This document shows, in pieces, positions 49,309 through 59,386 of a stretch of DNA of 59,386 bases (within the stretch, counting starts at the first letter, position 1; the number at the start of each line of letters is the position of its first letter). Under the pieces are notes generated by a model. The model had not been told where the DNA came from, did no database searches, and was given only the letters and a program-made list of their open reading frames with translations. The stretch comes from Neoechinorhynchus agilis (Eukaryota; Animalia; Acanthocephala). The position numbers and the translations under genes were made by a program. Location: the NCBI GenBank assembly GCA_051530055.1, contig JBMGUZ010000011.1, forward strand, positions 1-59,386. The letters run 5' to 3'.

Positions 49309-52300
49309 GTTTTTATTGTGATATTTGTTGTGTCGGTTTTTTGTCTAGAACAACAACAAAAAAGGATAATTTTCTATGGGCATCTTTGAGATAACGTTTC
49401 AGCTTGATACAACTTCAAAAATTCAAATGGAAAGCAAGTTTTTATTGTGATATTTGTTGTGTCGGTTTTTTGTCTAGAACAACAAAAGGGATAATTTTCT
49501 ATGGGCATCTTTGAGATAACGTTTCGGCTTGATACCACTTCAAAAATTCAAATGGAAAGCAAGAAGTTTTTATTGTGATATTTGTTGTGTCCTTTTTTGT
49601 CTGAACAGCAAAAGGATAATTTTCTATGGCCATCTTTGAGATAACGTTTCGGCTTGATACCACTTCAAAAATTCAAATGGAAAGCAAGTTTTTTATTGTG
49701 ATATTTGTTGTGTCGGTTTTTTGTCTAGAACAACAAAAAGGATAATTTTCTATGGGCATCTTTGAGATAACGTTTCGGCTTGATACCACTTCAAAAATTC
49801 AAATGGGAAGCAAGTTTTCATTGTGACATTTGTTGTGTCGGTTTTTTGTCTAGAACAACAACAAAAAAGGATAATTTTCTATGGGCATCTTTGAGATAAG
49901 GTGTCGGCTTGATACCACTTCAAAATTCAAATGGAAAGCAAGTTTTTATTGTGATATTTGTTGTGTCGATTTTTGTCTAGAACAACCAAAAGGATAAATT
50001 ACTATGGGCATCTTTGAGATAACGTTTCGGTTCGAAACCACTTCAAAAATTCAAATGGAAAGCAAGTTTTTATTGTGATATTTGTTGTGTCGGTTTTTTT
50101 GTCTAGAACAACAAAAAGGATAATTTTCTATGGGCATCTTTGAGATAACGTTTCGGCTTGATACCACTTCAAAAATTCAAATGGAAAGCAAGTTTTTATT
50201 GTGATATTTGTTGTGTCCTTTTTGTCTAGAACAACAAAAAGGATAATTTTCTATGGCCATCTTTGAGATAACGTTTCGGCTTGATACCACAAAAATTAAA
50301 TGGAAAGCAAGTTTTTATTGTGATAATTGTTGTGTCGGTTTTTTTGTCTAGAACAACAAAAAAGGATAATTTTCTATGGGCATCTTTGAGATAACCTTTC
50401 GGCTTGATACCACTTCAAAAATTCAAATGGAAAGCAAGTTTTTATTATGATATTTGTTGTGTCGGTTTTTTGTCTAGAACAATAAAAAGGATAATTTTCT
50501 ATGGGCATCTTTGAGATAACGTTTCGGCTTGATACCACTTCAAAAATTCAAATGGAAAGCAAGTTTTTATTGTGATATTTGTTGTGTCGGTTTTTTGTCT
50601 AGAACAACAAAAACGATAATTTTCTATGAGCATCTTTGAGATAACGTTTCGGCAGTCACCACTTCAAAAATTCGATGGAAAGCAAGTTTTTATTGTGATA
50701 TTTGTTGTGTCGGTTTTTTGTCTAGAACAACAAAAGGGATAATTTTCTATGGGCATCTTTGAGATAACGTTTCGGCTTGATACCACTTCAAAAATTCAAA
50801 TGGAAAGCAAGTTTATATTGTGATATTTGTTGTGTCGGTTTTTTTTGTCTAGAACAACAAAAAGGATAATTTTCTATGGGCATCTTTGAGATAACGTTTC
50901 GGCTTGATACCACTTCAAAATTCAAATGGAAAGCAAGTTTTTATTGTGATATTCATTGTGTCGGTTTTTTTTGTCTAGAACAACAACAAAAAAGGATAAT
51001 TTTCTATGGGCATCTTTGAGATAACGTTTCGGCTTTATACCACTTCAAAAATTTAAATGGAAAGCAAGTTTTTATTGTGATATTTGTTGTGTCCTTTTTT
51101 TGTCTAGAACAACAAGAAAAAAGGATAATTTTCTATGGGCATCTTTGAGATAACGTTTCGGCTTGATACCACTTCAAAAATTCAAATGGAAAGCAAGTTT
51201 TTATTGTGATATTTGTTGTGTCGGTTTTTGTCTAGAACAACAACAAAAAAGGATATTTCTCTATGGGCATCTTTGAGATAACGTTTCGGCTTGATACCAC
51301 TTCAAAAATTCAAATGGAAAGCAAGATTTTATTGTGATATTTGTTGTGTCGGTTTTTGTCTAGAACAACAACAAAAAAGGATATTTCTCTATGGGCATCT
51401 TTGAGATAACTTTTCGGCTTGATACCACTTCAAAATTCAAATGGAAAGCAAATTTTTGTTGTGATATTTGTTGTGTCGGTTTTTGTCTAGAACAATTTAA
51501 GGGATAACTTTCCATGGACATCTTTGAGATAACGTTTCGGCTTGATACCACTTCAAAAATTCAAATGGAAAGCATGTTTTTTTTGTGATATTTGTTGTGT
51601 CGGTTTTTTTTGTCTAGAACAACAAAAAGGATAATTTTCTATGGGCATCTTTGAGATAACGTTTTGGCTTGATACCGCTTCAAAATTCAAATGGAAAGCA
51701 AGTTTTTATTGTGATATTTGTTGTGTCGGTTTTTTTGTCTAGAACAACAACAAAAAAGGATAATTTTCTATGGGCATCTTTGAGATAACGTTTTTGCTTG
51801 ATACCACTTCAAAAATGTAAATGGAAAGCAAGTTTTTATTGTGATATTTGTTGTGTCGGTTTTTTTGTCTAGAACAACAACAAAAAAGGATAATTTTCTA
51901 TGGGCATCTTTGAGATAACGTTTCGGCTTGATATGACTTCAAAAATTCAAATGGGAAGCAAGTTTTCATTGTGACATTTGTTGTGTCGGTTTTTTGTCTA
52001 GAACAACAACAAAAAAGGATAATTTTCTACGGGCATCTTTGATATAACGTTTCGGCTTGATACCACTTCAAAAATTCAAATGGAAAGCAAGTTTTTATTG
52101 TGATATTTGTTGTGTCGGTTTTTTTGTCTAGAACAACAACAAAAAAGGATAATTTTCTATGGGCATCTTTGAGGTAACGTTTCAGCTTGATACCACTTCA
52201 AAAATTCAAATGGGAAGCAAGTTTTCATTGTGACATTTGTTGTGTCGTTTTTTTGTCTAGAACAACATCAAAAAAGGATAATTTTCTATAGGCATTTTTG

Positions 52301-55300
52301 AGATAACGTTTCGGCTTGATACCACTTCAAAATTACAATGGAAAGCAAGTTTTTATTGTGATATTCATTGTGTCGGTTTTTTTTGTCTAGAACAACAACA
52401 AAAAAGGATAATTTTCTATGGGCATCTTTGAGATAACGTTTCGGCTTGATACCACTTCAAAAATTTAAATGGAAAGCAAGTTTTTATTGTGATATTTGTT
52501 GTGTCGGTTTTTTTGTCTAGAACAACAACAAAAAAGGATAATTTTCTATGGGCATCTTTGAGATAACGTTTCGGCTTGATACCACTTCAAAAATTCAAAT
52601 GGAAAGCAAGTTTTTTATTGTGATATTCATTGTGTCGGTTTTTTTTGTCTAGAACAACAACAAAAAAGGATAATTTTCTATGGGCATCTTTGAGATAACG
52701 TTTCGGCTTGATACCACTTCAAAAATTTAAATGGAAAGCAAGTTTTTATTGTGATATTTGTTGTGTCGCTTTTTTTTGTCTAGAACAACAAAAAGGATAA
52801 TTTTCTATGGGCATCTTTGAGATAACGTTTCGGCTTGATACCACTTCAAAATTCAAATGGAAAGCAAGTTTTTATTGTGATATTTGTTGTGTCGGTTTTT
52901 TTGTCTAGAACAACAAAAAGGATAATTTTCTATGGGCATCTTTGAGATAACGTTTCGGCTTGATACCACTTCAAAAATTCAAATGGAAAGCAAGTTTTTA
53001 TTGTGATATTTGTTGTGTCGGTTTTTGTCTAGAACAACAACAAAAAAGGATAATTTTCTATGGGCATCTTTGAGATAACGCTTCGGCTTGATACCACTTC
53101 AAAAATTCAAATGGGAAGCAAGTTTTTATTGTGATATTTGTTGTGTCGGTTTTTGTCTAGAACAACAACAAAAAAGGATAATTTTGTATGGGCATCTTTG
53201 AGATAACGTTTCGGCTTGATACCACTTCAAAAATTCAAATGGGAAGCAAGTTTTTATTGTGATAATTGTTGTGTCGGTTTTTTGTCTAGAACAAGAACAA
53301 AAAAGGATACTTTTCTATGGGCATTTTTGAGATAACGTTTCGGCTTGATACCACATCAAAAATTCAAATGGAAAGCAAATTTTTATTGTGATATTTGTTG
53401 TGTCGGTTTTTGTCTAGAACAACTAAAAGGATAATTTTCGATGGGCATCTTTGAGATAACGTTTTGGCTCGATACCACTTCAAAAATTCAAATGGAAAGC
53501 AAGTTTTTATTGTGATATTTGTTGTGTCGGTTTTGTCTATAACAACAAAAAGGATAATTTTCTGTAAATATTTGAGATAACGTTTCGGCTTGATACCACT
53601 TCAAAAATTCAAATGGAAAGCAAGTTTTTATTGTGATATTTGTTGTGTCGGTTTTTTGTCTAGAACAACAAAAAGGATAATTTTCTATGGGCATCTTTGA
53701 GATAACGTTTCGGCTTGATACCACTTCAAAAATGTAAATGGAAAGCAAGTTTTTATTGTGATATTTGTTGTGTCGGTTTTTTTGTCTAGAACAACAAAAG
53801 GGATAATTTTCCATGGGCATCCTTGAGATAACGTTTCGGCTTGATACCACTTCAAAAATTTAAATGGAAAGCAAGTTTTTATTGTGATATTTGTTGTGTC
53901 GGTTTTTTTGTCTAGAACAACAAAAAAAGATAATTTTCTATGGGCATCTTTGAGATAACGTTACGGCTTGATACCACTTCAAAATTCAAATGGAAAGCAA
54001 GTTTTTATTGTGATATTTGTTATGTCGGTTTTTTGTCTAGAACAACAAAAAGGATAATTTTCTATGGACATCTTTGAGATAACGTTTCGGCTTGATACTA
54101 CTTCAAAATTCAAATGGAAAGCAAGTTTTTATTGTGATATATGTTGTGTCGGTTTTTTTGTCTAGAACAACAACAAAAAAGGATAATTTTCTATGGGCAT
54201 CTTTGAGATAACGTTTCGGCTTGATACCACTTCAAAATTCAAATGGAAAGCAATTTTGTGTGATATTTGTTGTGTCGGTTTTTTTTTGTCTAGAACAACA
54301 ACAAAAAAGGATAATTTTCTATGGGCATCTTTGAGATAACGTTTCGGCTTGATACCACTTCAAAAATTCAAATGGAAAGCAAGTTTTTTATTGTGATATT
54401 TGTTGTGTCGGTTTTGTCTAGAACAACAACAAAAAAGGATAATTTTCTATGGGCATCTTTGAGATAACGTTTCGGCTTGATACCACTTCAAAATTCAAAT
54501 GGAAAGCAAGATTTTATTGTGATATTTGTTGTGTCTGTTTTTTTGTCTAGAACAACAAAAAAGGATAATTTTGTATGGGCATCTTTGAGATAACGTTTCG
54601 GCATGATACCACTTCAAAAATTCAAATGGAAAGCAAGTTTTTATTGTGATATTTGTGTCGTCGGTTTTTTGTCAAGAACAACAAAAAAACATAATTTTCT
54701 ATGGGCATCTTTGAGATAACGTTTCGGCTTGATACCACTTCAAAAATTCAAATGGGATGCAAGTTTTTATTGTGATATTTGTCGTGTCGGTTTTTTGTCT
54801 AGAACAACAACAAAAAAGGATAATTTTCTATGGGCATTTTTGAGATAACGTTTCGGCTTGATACCACTTCAAAAATTCAAATGGAAAGCAAGATTTTATT
54901 GTGATATTTGTTGTGTCGGTTTTTTGTCTAGAACAACAAAAAGGATAAATTTCTATGGGCATCTTTGAGATAACGTTTCGGCTTGATACCACTTCCAAAA
55001 TTAAAATGGAAAGCAAATTTTTATTGTGATATTTGTTGTGTCGGTTTTTTGTCTAGAACAACAAAAAGGATAATTTTCTATGGGCATCTTTGAGATAACG
55101 TTTCGACTATACCACTTCAAAAATTCAAATGGAAAGCAAGTTTTTATTGTGATATTTGTTGTGTCCTTTTTTGTCTAGAACAACAAAAAGAGATATTTCT
55201 ATGTGCATCTTTGAGATAACGTTTTCGGCTTGATACCACTTCAAAAATTCAAATGGAAAGCAAGTTTTTATTGTGATATTTGTTGTGTCGGTTTTGTCTA

Positions 55301-58300
55301 TAACAACAAAAAGGATAATTTTCTATAGGCATCTTTGAGATAACGTTTCGGCTTGATACCACTTCAAAAATTTAAATGGAAAGCAAGTTTTTATTGTGAT
55401 ATTTGTTGTGTCGGTTTTTGTCTAGAACAACAAAAAGGATAATTTTCTATAGGAATCTTTGAGATAACGTTTTTGCTTGATACCACTTCAAAAATTTAAA
55501 TGGAAAGCAAGTTTTTATTGTGATATTTGTTGTGTCGGTTTTTTGTCTAGAACAACAACAAAAAAGGATAATTTTCCATGGGCATCTTTGAGACAACGTT
55601 TCGGCTTGATACCACTTCAAAAATTCAAATGGGAAGCAAGTTTTTATTGTGATATTTGTTGTGTCGGTTTTTGTCTAGAACAACAAAAAGGATAATTTTC
55701 TATGGGCATCTTTGAGATAACGTTTCGGCTTGATACCACTTCAAAAATTCAAATGGGAAGCAAGTTTTTATTGTGATATTTGTTGTGTCCGTTTTTTGTC
55801 TAGAACAACAAAAAAGGATAATTTTCTAGGGGCATCTTTGAGACAACGTTTCGGCTTGATACCACTTCAAAAATTTAAATGGAAAGCAAGTTTTTATTGT
55901 GATATTTGTTGTGTCGGTTTTTTTGTCTAGAACAACAAAAAGGATAATTTTCTATGGGCATCTTTGAGATAACGTTTCGGCTTGATACAACTTCAAAAAT
56001 TCAAATGGGAAGCAAGTTTTTATTGTGATATTTGTTGTGTCGGTTTTTTGTCTAGGACAACAAAAAGAATAATTTTCTATGGACATCTTATAGATAACGT
56101 TTCGGCTTGATACCACTTCAAAAATTAAAATGGGAAGCAAGTTTTTATTGTGATATTTGTTGTGTCGGTTTTTTGTCTGGAACAACAAAAAAGGATAATT
56201 ATCTGTGGGCATCTTTGAGATAACGTTTCGGCTTGGTACCACTTCAAAATTCAAATGGAAAGCAAGATTTTATTGTGATATTTGTTGTGTCGGTTTTTTG
56301 TCTAGAACAACAAAAAAGGATAATTTTCTATGGGCATCTTTGGGATAACGTTTCGGCTCGATACCACTTCAAAAATTCAAATGGAAAGCAAGTTTTTATT
56401 GTGATATTTGTTGTGTCGGTTTTTTGTCTAGAACAACAAAAAGGATAATTTTCTATGAGCATCTTTGAGATAAAGTTTCGGCTTGATACCACTTCAAAAA
56501 TTTAAATGGAAAGCAAGTTTTTATTGTGATATTTGTTGTGTCGGTTTTTTTTGTCTAGAACAACAACAAAAAGGATAATTTTCTATGGGCATCTTTGAGA
56601 TAACGTTTCGGCTTGATACCACTTCAAAAATTCAAATGGAAAGCAAGTTTTTATTGTGATATTTGTTGTGTCGGTTTTTGTCTAGAACAACAAAAAAGAT
56701 AATTTTCTATAGGAATCTTTGAGATAACGTTTTGGCTTGATACCACTTCAAAAATTCAAATGGGAAGCAAGTTTTTATTGTGATATTTGTTGTGTCGGTT
56801 TTTGTCTAGAACAACAAAAAGGATAATTTTCTATGGGCATCTTTGAGATAACGTTTTGGCTTGATACCACTTCAAAAATTCAAATGGGAAGCAAGTTTTT
56901 ATTGTGATATTTGTTGTGTCGGTTTTTTGTCTAGAACAACAACAAAAAAGGATAATTTGTTGTGTCGGTTTTTTGTCTAGAACAACAAAAGGGATAATTT
57001 TCTATGGGCATCTTTGAGATAAAGTTTCGGCTTGAAACCACTTCAAAAATTTAAATGGAAAGCAAGTTTTTATTGTGATATTTGTTGTGTCGGTTTTTGT
57101 CTAGAACAACAAAAAGGATAATTTTCTATAGGCATCTTTGAGATAACGTTTTGGCTTGATACCACTTCAAAAATTCAAATGGGAAGCAAGTTTTTATTGT
57201 TATATTTGTTGTGTCGGTTTTTTGTCTAGAACAACAAAAAAGGATAATTTTCTATAGGCATCTTTGAGATAACGTTTCGGCTTGATACCACTTCAAAAAT
57301 TCAAATGGGAAGCAAGTTTTTATTGTGATATTTGTTGTTTCGATTTTGTCTAGAACAACAAAAAAGGATAATTTTCTATAGGCATCTTTGAGATAACGTT
57401 TCGGCTTGATACCACTTCAAAATTCAAATGGAAAGCAAGTTTTTATTGTGATATTTGTTGTGTCCTTTTTTGTCTAGAACAACAAAAGGATAATATTCTA
57501 TGGGCATCTTTGAGATAACGTTTCGGCTTGATACCACTTCAAAAATTCAAATGGGAAGCAAGTTTTTATTGTTATATTTGTTGTGTCGGTTTTTTGTCTA
57601 GAACAACAAAAAAGGATAATTATCTATGGGCATCTTTGAGATAACGTTTCGGCTTGATACCACTTCAAAATTCAAATGGAAAGCAAGATTTTATTGTGAT
57701 ATTTGTTGTGTCGGTTTTTTTCTAGAACAACAAAAAAGGATAATTTTCTATGGGCATCTTTGAGATAACGTTTCGGCTTGATACCACTTCAAAAATTCAA
57801 ATGGAAAGCAAGTTTTTATTGTGATATTTGTTGTGTCGGTTTTTGTCTAGAACAACAAAAAAGATAATTTTCTAGGGGCATCTTTGAGATAACGTTTCGG
57901 CTTGATACCACTTCAAAAATTCAAATGGAAAGCTAGTTTTTATTGTGATATTTGTTGTGTCCGTTTTTTGTCTAGAACAACAAAAAAGGATAATTTTCTA
58001 GGGGCATCTTTGAGATAACGTTTCGGCTTGATACCACTTCAAAAAAAGTTTTTATTGTGATATTTGTTGTGTCGGTTTTGTCTAGAACAACAAAAAGGAT
58101 AATTTTCTATAGGCATCTTTGAGATAACGTTTCGGCTTGATACCACTTCAAAAATTCAAATGGGAAGCAAGTTTTTATTGTGATATTTGTTGTGTCGATT
58201 TTTTTTGTCTAGAACAACAAAAAGGATAATTTTCTATAGGCATCTTTGAGATAACGTTTTGGCTTGATACCACTTCAAAAATTCAAATGGGAAGCAAGTT

Positions 58301-59386
58301 TTTATTGTGATATTTGTTGTGCCCTTTTTTTGTCTAGAACAACAAAAAAGGATAATTTTCTATAGGCATCTTTGAGATAACGTTTTGGCTTGATACCACT
58401 TCAAAAATTCAAATGGGAAGCAAGTTTTTATTGTGATATTTGTTGTGTCGGCTTTTTGTCTAGAACAACAAAAAGGATAATTTTCTATGGGCATCTTTGA
58501 GATAACGTTTCGGCTCGATACCACTTCAAAAATTCAAATCGAAAGCTAGTTTTTATTGTGATATTTGTTGTGTCGGTTTTTTGTCTAGAACAACAAAAAA
58601 GGATAATTTTCCATGGGCATCTTTGAGATAACGTTTCGGCTTGATACCACTTCAAAAATTCAAATGGGAAGCAAATTTTTATTGTGATATTTGTTGTGTC
58701 GGTTTTTGTCTAGAACAACAACAAAAAAGGATAATTTTCTATGGGCATCTTTGAGATAACGTTTCAGCTTGATACCACTTCAAAAATTCAAATGGGAAGC
58801 AAGTTTTTATTGTGATATTTGTTGTTTCGATTTTTTGTCTAGAACGACAAAAAAGGATAATTTTCTAGGGGCATCTTTGAGATAACGTTTCGGCTTGATA
58901 CCACTTCAAAAATTCAAATGGAAAGCAAGTTTTTATTGTGATATTTGTTGTGTCCGTTTTTTGTCTAGAACAACAAAAAAGGATAATTTTCTATGGGCAT
59001 CTTTGAGATAACGTTTCGGCTTGATACCACTTCAAAAAAGTTTTTATTGTGATATTTGTTGTGTCGGTTTTTGTCTAGAACAACAAAAAGGATAATTTTC
59101 TATAGGCATCTTTGAGATAACGTTTCGGCTTGATACCACTTCAAAAATTCAAATGGGAAGCAAATTTTTATTGTGATATTTGTTGTGTCGGTTTTTTGTC
59201 TAGAACAACAAAAAGGATAATTTTCTATGGACATTTTTGAGATAACGTTTCGGCTTGATACCACTTCAAAAATTCAAATGGAAAGCAAGTTTTTATTGTG
59301 ATATTTGTTGTGTCGGCTTTTTGTCTAGAACAACAAAAAAGGATAATTTTCTATGGGCATCTTTGAGATAACGTTTCGGCTTGATA
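49309..59386. repeat. ~125-bp satellite array, ~80 monomers, continuing beyond the window
   Basis: Monomer GTTTTTATTGTGATATTTGTTGTGTCGGTTTTTTGTCTAGAACAACAAAAAGGATAATTTTCTATGGGCATCTTTGAGATAACGTTTCGGCTTGATACCACTTCAAAAATTCAAATGGAAAGCAA. Length varies by homopolymers and AAC units. Confidence 0.98.

Noticed and set aside
49309-59386. CRISPR array, or coding ORFs in the satellite
   Set aside because: There are no unique spacers, the context is eukaryotic, and the ORFs are chance openings in repeat monomers.

Overview
AT-rich animal (invertebrate) genomic DNA with short introns of about 45-75 nt. ATG9, TUBGCP3 and SGF29 are metazoan-like but highly diverged, and the species cannot be named from the sequence. 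Recognisable genes are GTPBP3/MnmE, SCO1, ATG9, TUBGCP3, a tandem-PEBP gene, SGF29 and a PYCR. Several orphan ORFs are also present. Mobile and repetitive DNA comprises nested Ty3/gypsy remnants, four pieces of CRE-like (RT plus restriction-like endonuclease) non-LTR elements, a Helitron helicase fragment, a decayed Penelope-like element, a head-to-tail triplication of a ~3.85-kb unit carrying an orphan Q-rich gene built from repeated exons, and 35-bp, 84-bp and ~125-bp tandem arrays (the last runs at least 10 kb off the window end). The most unusual signal is a ~200-bp dispersed element (6 full or partial copies) with a tRNA-derived Pol III head. It carries every conserved hammerhead-ribozyme core nucleotide and three pairable stems, but the strands are in an order that matches none of hammerhead types I, II or III. 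All calls come from manual reading of the sequence. No database search or folding computation was run.
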